The notes beneath the pieces are model-generated. The model was not told the origin of the DNA. It was given only the letters and a program-made list of their open reading frames with translations, and did no database searches. 64,000 nt of DNA, taken from NCBI GenBank assembly GCA_032718475.1, contig JAUCBJ010007596.1, positions 6,390-70,389 on the forward strand, read 5' to 3'. Positions 47,869 to 61,200 of the stretch are shown one piece after another. A program made the translations under genes and the position numbers. Source of the DNA: Nemertoderma westbladi. Lineage: Eukaryota > Animalia > Xenacoelomorpha. Within the stretch, counting starts at the first letter, position 1; each line of letters opens with the position of its first letter.

Positions 47869-49055
47869 TGTAAAAGCTTTTGCGGATATACTCAGTCCCC
47901 CTCGCCCGCAAGGTACCGTTATAGGTGTTTTAACGGACATAAAAGTCATTCTTCGATATGTGTGCTTTGGTGGACATGGTAAGGCAAAAAACCCGCAATG
48001 CGTAAAATACCCTGGCACAGCTTAGCCTTGATGATTCAGATTACGACATCTAACAGCTGGTTGCTGACATGGAAACGGCCATTGGACACATGGTTCTTTG
48101 TTTAGCTTAACAGCCAATCAGAGCGATTTTTTCTGTCGATGTGGAGATTTTTGGCAGATCATGCTAGGAGTGTTCAGTCTTACTGTTTTTCTTGATACTG
48201 TTGTGTTGTTTCTATCTAGGCCAGGAACACCGGCTCTAGAGTCAATTCGTTTCAGACTTTAGAAGAAACATTAGTAGGCTTAAGATTATAGAGCGTATAA
48301 CTGTTATCAGTCCAGTTCATATCATAACATATCTTGTCATATCATATCTTAACCTACCGTCTTAATGCTTTTTACTGTTGTCATATTTTGTATCAGTTGG
48401 TTGAATATTATTTGGAGAACATTTATAAAGAACCCAAATTTCCCAATTTTCTTGATACACTACAGGTTAGAGAGACAGGTTACATATAGCGATTGCGACT
48501 TACATTATTGTGGTTTGTAGTGAATTTAATGCTATTTGATAAGCACTACATGAGTCAGTTGCTGTTCTCTTTATATATGATAAAATTCATTGACGGTCGG
48601 CAAATTAGTGAGCAGTATTGTGTGTTACCGGTAGTGTGCATGATTGTGACTGATAACTAAGCATTTCCTAAAGAATGCGCCTCATACGTGAATCATAAGC
48701 CTTACCGACTTACCGTTGTGTTTAGTACAAGTCATATCTCTGTTTACCTAGATAGAGCGCCACGTCCTAAAGGAACTGTTAATATTTCCCGAAAGTGAAT
48801 AATATTGGTCAGAAATTATTTATTAACGATCAATCGAATAATACAGTAAGCTTACACTGCAATAATAATCTAAGCCCTCAGAATCCAGTCTCCCGGGTAT
48901 ATCCAGCGGGTGAATGGACGCGCACTAGGCTGGCTTCTGCTAATGTTGTGTTTATTGGTATTAAATATTTGTCAATTTCTAAAGTCTATTTATAAACCAA
49001 AAGACATATAAATTTTGGCAGGTTAAACTGCTAAAGGTCTTCAAAAGCGCGTACA
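47869..49055 (+). repeat. BEL 3' LTR
   Basis: Direct repeat of 31511-32697, preceded by the PPT and followed by TSD AGCGA. Confidence 0.95.
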
Positions 49056-49079
49056 AGCGAAAACGACTAAAATGGTGGG

Positions 49080-49260
49080 AATTTGCCGTGACCTTTGACG
49101 GCAAATCTAGATGACTCTTTGTCATGGAATGCCACTGCAAAATCTATTTGCCGTGAAAATACACGACACCTGTATTTGCCGTGAAATATCACTGTAAAAA
49201 ATATTTGTCGTGGATATTTGCCGCTATTATTCCACGGCAAATCTACTTGCCCGATTTTGT
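49080..49260. repeat. Cluster of short ATTTGCCGTG motifs in both orientations (probable DNA transposon subterminal remnant)
   Basis: Several ATTTGCCGTG / ACGGCAAAT copies. Confidence 0.45.
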
Positions 49261-50188
49261 GTGGAACGAATGTGCCGGTGAATTTCGATATTTACTGTAT
49301 TACGAAGGTATGCTTGGATCGCGGCCATTATTTCACCATTCTTGTTCCACGATCGGTTTCTAATCGGATACTACTCGATAACCCTACTCGTTCTATACAA
49401 TCGATATAATAGCTGTCTATGGTAATTGGACTACTGTTAGTACTACTGAGTTTAAACAACAATATAAGTCGAGACCAGCCATCTACTTAGGCGTGGATGG
49501 CGAAGCCCATCAGCTTCAGCTGACCATAACCATCTGTGTGCCAGACGGTATTACGGACCAAGGGATAAACACGACGATTATCTGTTGTTCGGTTTCGGCG
49601 ACTTAAAATTTAGTTCTGCATCTACATTTATGTTGTCTCTAGAATGGAGAACTGTTACAATCTCAGAATATGTCAAGCCAAGTCTGAAATATGTGGTTAT
49701 TTTTTCAGTTAGGCCTACATTATGCATTAGTTGGCCCAAATCGGCTAAGATTTTCGGCTTAGATTTCGATCAAGATATCTAAGCTGAAATGTTGGCCGAA
49801 ATCTAAACCAGTCGCCGACATTTTCATATTTTTGAAGCCCACGGCGCCCCATACACATACATTTTTTTAATGTGGCCAATCTGGGCCACCGTACGTACAG
49901 TACATAAAAGCATACATACAATGTACAGTACAATGCGGCGTGTTTTACGAACTCCTGGCTGCCAGGGTGGGGCGCTATCAGATTCCAGATAGGTCAACGG
50001 TCCCCATTACAGTGATTACACTTACACATTGCGGTTGCCACTTAACAGTTCACGTGTTCGGGTTCGTGGCCGTATGGCGTAGTAAATAGTAACGTACAAT
50101 AAATCAAAGAGGAAAAAGGATGATAGGATGCCGCGCAGAGCGAATTTATGAGTATGGGAATAAACCGTTGAGCAACCATCGTCGCCTT

Positions 50189-50219
<31 letters not shown>

Positions 50220-50502
50220 GGGGTGGCAATAAATCCATATGCTTGTCACTCACGTCGCCAAAAACTGTGGTTACTAAAACATATGTTGAATTAAAACAAA
50301 TACTGAAATAATAATAAAGTACAAAAATAGAGACTCGGTATTTATCATCTGGACTGGGACCTGTTTATTGTGACAATGACAATAAATTGTAGACGTCATC
50401 ATAATTATTAATACGACGCATCACTAGTCACTACTAATCAGCTAATAGGATGTACGTCTCTCACTTGTGATTGGCTGTAACCTGGGATTATTGATTTGTA
50501 TA

Positions 50503-52266
50503 GGGTAAACTGGGGTAATTTGGGACAAAATCGTCCTTTAAAGCTTTTTTCAGAATCTTAAAAACATTTTTTTGATAATCTGACCTTATCAAGTTGCACC
50601 ATGTACCCATTCTATCAAACTAATTACTTAATTTTTATTTTCAAATAATTAATTACCCTTTTTTAATTAATATTCATCAGTGTCCCAAATTAACCCAGCA
50701 TGGGGTAATTTGGGACAGTTGGGGGAATTTGGGACATAACATAAATCGAACAGTAGTAGCCCATTGTAATTGACACAAACTTTGTTGAGAAATTTTACAA
50801 TGCATCAATAAGACCAAAAGTTGGGATTTTAGAGCCTGTTCGACACCATCAGTACAACAGTCTCCCGCTAGAGGGCTACATGTCAAACATTAACAATTAA
50901 TAAATGTCCTCCCATCTGCCATCTCTCTGCATTTAATCCGACCAAAAGACAATGCTGAAACTTGTCATACTTGTATTAGACCAACCATTAGCTCATAACT
51001 GTCGAATGTGTCATTCAAAGGGGGCTAATCTGCATGCAGTTCTTTAGTCTGCCGCTAGAGGGCCGAATATCTGAAAGTGAAATCCTTGGCTCATTCCGTT
51101 ATTTATGATCCGTTCAAGCAGTCAAGCTGAAACTTGTCAAAAATATGTTGTATTGTCTGTCTGTCTTTATCTGGTCTTTATGCCAGTATGTGCTCGGCCA
51201 GAATACACCCTGCATCAATGTGCTGCAGCAGCACTGCTGCTGCTGCTGTGTCTTGGAGGGGTCGGTAAGTGGTCTGCATTTCTTCAGTCTACCACTAGAG
51301 GGCAAAATGTATGAAAGTGATCCTTCCACTTCCCCTGTACCCATTCTGCCATTTACTTGATCTAATCTGTTTAAGTTGAGTCTTGGAATATAGTACCAGA
51401 TCACGACTACATGATGTGTCTTTTTGAGGACGGTGATTCATCTGCAGTTCTCCAGTCTGCTCCTAGAGGGCGAAATGTCTGAAAGTGAAAACCTTCTCCC
51501 ATTTCTGTGATTCTAATTCGATTACCTTTAGCTGAATGTTGGCATAGTATGTACTACGGTATACTGGTATAGGCCCTGCTACTATACCACATGTTGAATC
51601 TTTGGGAAGAAGGTTATCGGTCATCTGTTCTCCAGTCTGCCGGTAGAGGGCAAAAATGTCTGAAAGTGACATCCTTGACTCATTCCATTATTTATGATCC
51701 GTCCTAGCTGAAACTTGTCAAATATGTTGTCTGTCTGTCTGTATGTATCAGTATGTGCTCTCTTTAGAATACATCCTGCGTCAGTAATGCAGTAATGTGC
51801 CTTGCAGTCTTGGTGGGGTCGGTAATTGGTCTGCAGTTCTGTTCTCCAGTCCTGCTCCTAGAGGGTAAAATGTATGAAAGTGATCTTCCGCTTACCCATG
51901 TCTCAATTTTCTTCATATTAATCTGTTTAAGATGAGTCTTGGAATATAAGTACCTGACCACGACTACATGCTGTGTCTTTTTGAGGAAGGTGATTAATCT
52001 GCTGCTGCTGCAGTTCTCGAGTCTGCTGCTAGAGGGCGAAATATCTGAAAGCGAACACCTTACACTTGCGACTTACCTGTGGCTGTGACGGCTAGTCTAC
52101 CCGACAGCCCTACAGAATTTAAAAGAGCTAGAGAAAGTATGAAGCTAAGTGTAGGCCTATAATTTAAACAACCCACCAAACCCCACTGCCTACAAGAAAA
52201 GACTTGTCCCAAATTACCCCAGCCTGTCCCAAATTCCCCCATGTCCCAAATTACCCCAGTTTACCC
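50503..52266. mobile_element. TA-flanked TIR element (Tc1/mariner-pogo-like, non-autonomous) with internal degenerate tandem units of about 180-240 bp
   Basis: TA-GGGTAAACTGGGGTAATTTGGGACA ... TGTCCCAAATTACCCCAGTTTACCC-TA, with extra subterminal GGGGTAATTTGGGACA copies. Confidence 0.88.
50865..52037 (+). promoter_or_regulatory. Array of seven same-orientation CTCF-like motifs
   Basis: Cores at 50865, 51052, 51292, 51460, 51640, 51855 and 52026 (e.g. CCACTAGAGGGC, CCGCTAGAGGGC). Four are preceded by TGCAG or TGCAT with a 12 bp spacer. Confidence 0.6.
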
Positions 52267-52534
52267 TAGTATAATATTTAACACCTCGGCATACTGTCTG
52301 ACTGTCATACCGAACCCTGGAACCAGTATGCCAGCAGCTTCTGACTTCAGGGCTTCAATTACCGGTACCATCTAAATAATAATTGTATAATGACGTAAAC
52401 TCTGAAACTGGTACCGGTAAACGACAAACGGCAATCACGAAGTCTGCAGTGGGCCTACTTTAGTTCAGTACCGGTACGGCCAGACGCGGGGGCCCTGTAC
52501 ATGATTGAGTAAAAAATATAAGAAATAGGAAAAA

Positions 52535-55266
52535 ATGCAGACGTCAAATGCATTGTCAACTGTAAGTTGTTTTTGTTTGCTGGTTTACCGGTAACCGATA
52601 GTCCAGTAGTCTGGTAGCTGGGTAGTGTTAGGCCTGTTCAGTACGTCTTCTGTCGTGCTGTCTTGTTCATCGGTAACCTGGTACCAGGACCAGCAGACCA
52701 GTGGTACCGGCAGTGGCAGACCGGACGGCAGGTGGCAGGACGGTCACAGCTAATGAAATCTGGAAATGGTACTGCCTGTACTGAAATAGTAATACAGAAA
52801 TACTGCAATAGGCTACTGGCTGACTGGATGACTGGCCTACCGTAAAACAAGGCAGCGAGGTGGGTTTTGAGCTGGGGTGTCTAGATACATTGAGGTGACT
52901 TGATACAGCAAGTTAAGTTCTACTTTTTTCTTTAACGGATTGTAGGTGATAGCGTGATTTTATGATAAAAATTGAATGAAGTGAAAATTTTATGAAATTA
53001 TAGACAAATAGCTGAATAGCAGAATAGATGAGAATTAGGCCTAGTAAAATACATTTTGCGATTGGTTCGCATTTATGCAGTTATGCGCAGGATACAGGGA
53101 TAAGAAATAATTTTACAAAAATTATTTTTGCATAGATAGGCTACCTAGCGGAGCGCTTAGATGGGCCTATAACAACATGACAGTATTGTAGTATTAAGAA
53201 TATTAGATTAGGCCTATGTTCCCGTTCTTAAAAAAATCAAAAACTTACTTCTGTAGCCTACTTGTTTTAGCTACACCAATACACCTTCTGCACATCTTAA
53301 TCTTACCTATCATCAGCCTATTTGGGAATATCGCATCGCCATTCTGCCATTGGTTGGTGGTACCGTACCACCAATGGACCAATGTACGGTACCGTACCTA
53401 AAAAGTACTTTAGGCCTACCCAACCACCATCAAAGTTGGTTAATCAAATATTACAGAGTGGCGGCTCAAACCCTAATTAAAATTAAGGTTCCCCCCCAGA
53501 GCCCATTACCACATTCATTAGTGTATTGGTACTATTGATATTGGCCCTTTGGGCTAATGGCATTTACCCCCGAATTAAGTTATGTTGGTAGTTGGTTGAG
53601 TGCGAATATCTCGCATCAGTGGCCCTAGTTAATAATTGTATTAAACTTTAAAGCAAAATGGTGGGTTATCTATTATCGCACAATTTTGAGCACATTATAT
53701 TATATTTTTCGCATCTAAACAGAGTCGAAAAGTCAATAGAATATAAGAATACACCTACCTTTGTGTTAATAAATAAAGGAAATATATTATACCGCAGGCT
53801 GCTTTACTTTCGGTTGGTGGGATTCCGTTGTTGAGGATATGGCAGTGCCTACAGAAACCCGCCCCTAACAAACACAGATGCAACAAAAATAAACACAAGC
53901 CGGTCCCGTCTGCTGCAGTTCTAGACGACCCAGAGGTCCCCCTACTGGGAACCCCACAACTCCTTGATATTGCCGAGCCGTTATCAGCTACAAACATTAA
54001 TTATTCTTCGTCAAACACTTTCTACGAGAACAAACATGGTAATTATTATAACCTAAACTGCTATCTTAGGAACAAAAACCTTCTAGCTTATTGGTTTCTA
54101 ACTGTTACCGTTGGAGTTACTACTTAGCAATATATTTATTATTATATATTACATAGTTAGTGTACAGGAGGTATGTTAATATGTGACAGTACATAATTTA
54201 TATATGACAGTTCATTTTCCATGTATCAACCCCCCTCTAAATGTTTGTATGATTGCAGGGCATCCTCAGACAGCTGTTACTAACCCACCCACACAGAGAC
54301 ACGGGTCCTGGCTTACCAGACCCTCCCTGACCCAGCACAGACCCCTACTACTACGTACCTACACGACAGTGCCCCGGAGATACTTCCAGTCTAGAGCGGC
54401 GCCGAAGGGGGATTCACGTAGATCATCAGAGTTTACGGTATGTTTTATCTGAACCAACCACTGCATATAACTACAGTTAATCGTTTCCAACACGATTATA
54501 AATAAGTTGAACAACCGGAATTACGTTTGAAGCTTTGAACACCGTTATTCATTTTTTTTATTAATATTGATAGAAATCACAACAGTTTCCTTTCATAATT
54601 AATTGCTATTCCAGTTCTCCAATTCTGCCTGACTGTTCTATATCTGCCTATTTGCGTTGCGGTATAGTAATTATGCCCCGTATTGCGCCTTTGTAGATTT
54701 ATGTTGAGATATACACTTCCAAACACAATCCATTTTTCCAAGATAACTAGGCCTATTTACAATGTCTATTTCACCCAAGTACTACAACACCCTCTTCTTA
54801 TAGAACCATTTATTAAGTCCATTCAACTCCAACCCCCTCTCGAGAACAGTAAACACCTAACAACTTTACCCACTGCGGTTGTTCGCAGTTTACAATATAT
54901 TATATTTTATTATCCTCGTAGGACTCAGAACGGGGACACAGTTCGAGCAGCGGTGAAACCGAGGGGGAGTTCTCGGCTATCCAGTTGCTGAGTCGTCGTA
55001 TAGACGACCTCCGTTCCGAGGTGGACCGTCTCCGGACCGGCCGGACGCGGTACTTCTGGAACGCGTTCCGGGTCGGTCTCTACGTCCTCATCATTTACCT
55101 GCTCGTCGGCGACTCCATAATCAATCTATTCCGGTCGGACGAGCCCGGAGACGAGAAGAAGCCCGGACGCCTGTCCGGAATAAAGTTCCGGTTGTTCGAC
55201 GATTCGCCCACCGATGATTTCGACTTCGTCGCCGATACCGGCGTCCGATTCGGCGATGTTAAAGGG
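52535..55266 (+). CDS. YME1L1: ATP-dependent zinc metalloprotease YME1L-like (FtsH family), 5' partial; exons 52535-52561, 53798-54038, 54259-54437, 54922-55266
   Basis: GT-AG introns with compatible phases (0, 1, 0). The spliced protein has FYENKHG and YFQSR (as recalled, FFENKYG and FIQSR in vertebrate YME1L1), a TM helix, and VRFGDVKG at the start of the AAA domain. Downstream exons are not in the window. Confidence 0.72.
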
Positions 55267-55719
55267 GTTCGTGAGAATTTATTAAATGATTACTTTTTTA
55301 TTTATTTAATAATTATTGTTCCAACTTTTACGGTTCATTTAGTTGGAGTGAACAGTGTATGTGGGAGGTCTACGTGTGAAGTAGAACAAACGATCGTAGT
55401 GAGTTACAATAAATCAACGAGTTCATAACATTTAAATTACTTTGCCTTGATTATATTCTTAGTTTCATTCGAAAATTGAATCGTTAACGAAACTGAAAAA
55501 TAAAATAGATTTTGTTTTTGGGCAATTTTTTTGTGGAATTTCAAGTTTCGCAGACATGTTATTGGATGATACAAGTTATTGCAGTTTATTATCTCCGGTA
55601 CATAACCGGAATATATATTTTTGTTTTTGTTATTGCCACTGCAATATTTCTGACTTATTATATATATTTATTGAAATACTATGATTAACTGATTAAAGAT
55701 ATCTCAAGACTCTATAGTT

Positions 55720-57247
55720 ATGTCCTCGGCAGATCCCGATATTGCTACCGACAACAGCCACAGGTTCGTACGCTGCAGCGAGGCAATCCGCGCCCTGTTT
55801 CGCGTTCCGAAACAAAATAAATCTGTCTCTCAAGACGACGAAAAATCCTTTTCTGACTTACTGACTACAATGCAAACTCTGCACAATAAGCTTTACTCCG
55901 ATGTTTCTCGCGCCCGTGCCGATACTGTTTCAGCCGCCCACAAAAACGCCATCGCTGCCAAAGACCAACTGATTTCTACCCTCCACTATACCCCGGTCAG
56001 GGTGGAAGACAGTACGCAGTTATCAATCCCCGTCAATCCACCACTCATACCTACTTTTAGTGATGTTGTACGAGGTACAAGTACCAGTTCCAGCAGAAAC
56101 CCACGATCAACTACACCTCTCCAAAACAATAACACCAACATCACTACTCCCCCCACCATCCATGAGAACTCTCCTACCAATCAGCAAACCCAACGCACAT
56201 ACCACCGCCCTCCACCAATTATTGGAGCAAGATTGGGAACATCGTTAACAGTCGCTCGTAATACTCGCCAGAGATCGCGCAACTTAGCCCATATTTACAT
56301 CGGTGGACTAGCCCCTTCAGTGAGCCCTGCTGATATTAAAGCCTACCTTCAAGACCAAAATCTACACTACCATGAGATCATCCGCAACTGCCACCTCCAG
56401 AGATTCATGGCGACAATGAATAGAACAATGGCGCTCCGATTTATTTCATCTAACGTGCAATCAGGAGGACCGAGACACACTGATGGACCCGCAGGTTTGG
56501 CAAGAAGGAGTAAATATACGGAACTACTACAGGCTCTCGGACCAAGAACGAATAGATCTGAATCTCAGACCACGCAGACAGAACGCAAATCGCAATTCAC
56601 TAAATTAGCAAACCCAATGACAACTACCCGAGTCTACTACCGGTAACCGTAGAAAACAATCTATTTTCATTTGTTTTTGCAATCCTTGGTCTGTAGTGAA
56701 TAAGACTATTGAAACCAATCGCTTCATCATAGACAACGAGTTTCATATTCTAGCTCTCGCAGAAACCTGGCTTACTTCGAATGATTTCAATAATGCAGTC
56801 ACCAATAAAATGACACCACCTTCCTACTCCTTCGATCATGTACCTCGATTGACGGGGGGGGGGGGGGGTTTGGAATATTTCATCGTGACAACCTCCATGG
56901 AGAAAATCTCCCATTAGTACACTTTACCGCTTTAGAATCAATGGGGCTACAATTCAGAACACCAGCAGGACCACTGCGTATAATTGTTGTTTATCGTCCA
57001 GAGCCAACCACAAGTGGAAATTCCTACAAACAATTCTTAGACGAATTCGAAGGTTATATGACACAGACCTTCATCAGTCAACACCATTGTTCGTGGAGAT
57101 TTAAACCTACACTTAGATACAAAGTCGCGTCCTATAGAACGCTTTAACAATATTCTAGAAAGACTAATATGCCTTACTCGATTTCTACACCAACCAACGC
57201 ATCGCGCTGGTCATACAATATATGTCATTATTACACACATTGACCTA
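55720..57247 (+). mobile_element. LINE (L2/CR1-like) 5' part: ORF1 and frameshifted APE endonuclease, within YME1L1 intron 4
   Basis: ORF1 RRM-like HIYIGGLAPSVSPADIKAYL. Endonuclease motifs CN..S..NK, LALAETWL, GGGG, VVYRP, GDLN and PTHRAGHT. It is interrupted at 57247 by the CACTG element. Confidence 0.8.
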
Positions 57248-58221
57248 CACTGAAAAAAGTAAGTGGTGGTATTTTGTTAAAAAACTGCCGGTTTGCAAGA
57301 ACTACCTGGGGTTGTTTTGCAACGAAAACCACCGCAGGTTGTTTTAACAAACCGGCGGTAAATAAACGTTGCCAAGAACTGGCAGTTGTGCAAACCGGGG
57401 GTTGATTATCTCTCGTAAAACCGGCGGTTCCTTAACCCCCAGTTGTTTAGAACCTAAAAATGCGTTGTAAAACCTCTGGTATTTTTTATCGCAAGGAACT
57501 GCCGGTTTCTGTAACCTCAGGTTCTGGTTTAACGCAAATTCCCGGTCGAATACTTAATCGGCATTTATTAACCTATGGTTAACTGCTGGTAACTGGCGTT
57601 TCAACTATTTAAAACTGCCGGTTTTCTCAAAAAAACCACAGGTAAAACGGCAACCAAATAAACCAGTTTTTACGAAACCGCCGTTTAATTAACAGTCAAC
57701 TAGCGGTTTTATTTGAGAAAACTGGTGGTAATTTTAATAAACTTAGGCTTTGATTTATTTATAACCTATGGTTATAAAAGAAAAACCCACGTTTAAAACG
57801 TTACTAACCTGTGGTTATAAAGAGCAAAAAAAAACTTATAAACCTGTGGTTATTTGAAAAAAATGTTTGGTTAGGAGCACAGGACATTCAGGGCACACAT
57901 GAAGCTCAATGTTACAACATGGAGATATTGGGAGAGGGGGGTGAAAGCCTACCTTATCTAATCCCTACACCCTACCCTACGCTTACGGCCTATGGCCAAT
58001 GCATACAATACTCTACATACACATTGGATACACACGGCTAAGTATATAGGAAAATATTTAATTCATTTAGATTTATGGATATCCTAATTAATTTTAGTTG
58101 ATGATCAACAAAGTAATTAGTGTTTTGATTATTAATTTTAATATCATTTGTCTTCTTTTCAGCCATATTAGATAATTCATTTCAATTAATTTATATATTT
58201 ACTTTTTATATTTACATATAC

Positions 58222-61200
58222 AAACTGGCAGTTATTAGTTTGTAAATCTGTGGTTCTGTGATAAACTGGCAGTTATTATTGTAAATCTGTGGTTCTATAT
58301 CTGTGGTTCTGTGATAAACTGGCAGTCATTATTGTAAATCTGTGGTTCTGTGATAAACTGGCAGTCATTATTGTAAATCTGTGGTTCTTTGATAAACTGG
58401 CAGTCATTATTGTAAATCTGTGGTTCTGTGATAAACTGGCAGTCATTATTGTAAATCTGTGGTTCTGTGATAAACTGGCAGTTATTATTGTAAATCTGTG
58501 GTTCTATATCTGTGGTTCTGTGATAAACTGGCAGTCATTATTGTAAATCTGTGGTTCTGTGATAAACTAACTGGCAGTCATTATTGTAAATCTGTGGTTC
58601 TGTGATAAACTGGCAGTCATTATTGTAAATCTGTGGTTCTGTGATAAACTGGCAGTCATTATTGTAAATCTGCGGTTCTGTGATAAACTAACTGGCAGTC
58701 ATTATTGTAAATCTGTGTTTCTGTGATAAACTGGCAGTCATTATTGTAAATCTGCGGTTCTGTGATAAACTAACTGGCAGTCATTATTGTAAATCTGTGG
58801 TTCTGTGATAAACTGTCAGTCATTATTGTAAATCTGCGGTTCTGTGATAAACTAACTGGCAGTCATTATTGTAAATCTGTGGTTCTGTGATAAACTGGCA
58901 GTCATTATTGTAAATCTGTGGTTCTGTGATAAACTGGCAGTCATTATTGTAAATCTGCGGTTCTGTGATAAACTAACTGGCAGTCATTATTGTAAATCTG
59001 TGGTTCTGTGATAAACTGGCAGTCATTATTGTAAATCTGCGGTTCTGTGATAAACTGGCAGTCATTATTGTAAATCTGTGGTTCTGTGATAAACTGGCAG
59101 TCATTATTGTAAATCTGTGGTTCTGTGATAAACTGGCAGTCATTATTGTAAATCTGTGCTTCTGTGATAAACTGGCAGTCATTATTGTAAATCTGCGGTT
59201 CTGTGATAAACTGGCAGTCATTATTGTAAATCTGTGGTTATGTGATAAACTGGCAGTCATTATTGTAAATCTGTGGTTCTGTGATAAACTGGCAGTTATA
59301 ATTGTAAATCTGTGGTTCTGTGATAAACTGGCAGTCATTATTGTAAATCTGTGGTTCTGTGATAAACTGGCAGTTATTATTGTAAATCTGTGGTTCTGTG
59401 ATAAACTGGCAGTCATTATTGTAAATCTGTGGTTCTGTGATAAACTGGCAGTCATTATTGTAAATCTGTGGTTCTGTGATAAACTGGTAGTCATTATTGT
59501 AAATCTGTGGTTCTGTGATAAACTGGCAGTCATTATTGTAAATCTGTGGTTCTGTGATAAACTGGCAGTCATTATTGTAAATCTGTGGTTCTGTGATAAA
59601 CTGGTAGTCATTATTGTAAATCTGTGGTTCTGTGATAAACTGGTAGTCATTATTGTAAATCTGTGGTTCTGTGATAAACTGGCAGTCATTATTGTAAATC
59701 TGTGGTTCTGTGATAAACTGGCAGTCATTATTGTAAATCTGTGGTTCTGTGATAAACTGGTAGTCATTATTGTAAATCTGTGGTTCTGTGATAAACTGGT
59801 AGTCATTATTGTAAATCTGTGGTTCTGTGATAAACTGGTAGTCATTATTGTAAATCTGTGGTTCTGTGATAAACTGGCAGTCATTATTGTAAATCTGTGG
59901 TTCTGTGATAAACTGGCAGTCATTATTGTAAATCTGTGGTTCTGTGATAAACTGGCAGTCATTATTGTAAATCTGCGGTTCTGTGATAAACTGGTAGTCA
60001 TTATTGTAAATCTGTGGTTCTGTGATAAACTGGCAGTCATTATTGTAAATCTGTGGTTCTGTGATAAACTGGCAGTCATTATTGTAAATCTGTGGTTCTG
60101 TGATAAACTGGCAGTCATTATTGTAAATCTGTGGTTCTGTGATAAACTGGCAGTCATTATTGTAAATGTGTGGTTCTGTGATAAACTGGCAGCCATTATT
60201 GTAAATCTATGGTTCTGTGATAAACTGGCAGTCATTGTAGATCTGCGGTTCTGTGATAAACTGGCAGTCATTATTGTAAATCTGTGGTTCTGTGATAAAC
60301 TGGCAGTCATTATTGTAAATCTGTGGTTCTGTGATAAACTGGCAGTCATTATTGTAAATCTGTGGTTCTGTGATAAACTGGCAGTCATTATTGTAAATCT
60401 GCGGATCTGTGATAAACTGGCAGTCATTATTGTAAATCTGTGGTTCTGTGATAAACTGGCAGTCATTATTGTAAATCTGTGGTTCTGTGATAAACTGGCA
60501 GTCATTATTGTAAATCTGTGGTTCTGTGATAAACTGGCAGTCATTATTGTAAATCTGTGGTTCTGTGATAAACTGGTAGTCATTATTGTAAATCTGTGGT
60601 TCTGTGATAAACTGGTAGTCATTATTGTAAATCTGTGGTTCTGTGATAAACTGGCAGTCATTATTGTAAATCTGTGGTTCTGTGATAAACTGGTAGTCAT
60701 TATTGTAAATCTGTGGTTCTGTGATAAACTGGCAGTCATTATTGTAAATCTGTGGTTCTGTGATAAACTGGCAGTCATTATTGTAAATCTGTGGTTCTGT
60801 GATAAACTGGCAGTCATTATTGTAAATCTGTGGTTCTGTGATAAACTGGCAGTCATTATTGTAAATCTGTGGTTCTGTGATAAACTGGCAGTCATTATTG
60901 TAAATCTGTGGTTCTGTGATAAACTGGTAGTCATTATTGTAAATCTGTGGTTCTGTGATAAACTGGTAGTCATTATTGTAAATCTGTGGTTCTGTGATAA
61001 ACTGGCAGTCATTATTGTAAATCTGTGGTTCTGTGATAAACTGGTAGTCATTATTGTAAATCTGTGGTTCTGTGATAACTGGCAGTCATTATTGTAAATC
61101 TGTGGTTCTGTGATAAACTGGCAGTCATTATTGTAAATCTGTGGTTCTGTGATAAACTGGCAGTCATTATTGTAAATCTGTGGTTCTGTGATAAACTGGC

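Larger units (their letters stand above)
31511..49055 (+). mobile_element. BEL/Pao LTR retrotransposon, 17.5 kb, full length, recent insertion
   Basis: LTRs 31511-32697 and 47869-49055 (1187 bp, TG..CA; I saw only three mismatches). TSD AGCGA (31506-31510, 49056-49060). PPT GGGAGCGG. BEL-type gag-pol. Confidence 0.96.

Noticed and set aside
32437-48995. Duplicated 66 aa ORF (32437 and 48795)
   Set aside because: It is duplicated only because it lies in the LTR; it has a non-ATG start and no coding signal.
9659-50222. Long poly-C/poly-G runs (about 9660, 20020, 24712, 50198) as G-quadruplex or telomeric features
   Set aside because: They are simple homopolymers associated with repeats, and their lengths are unreliable in assemblies.
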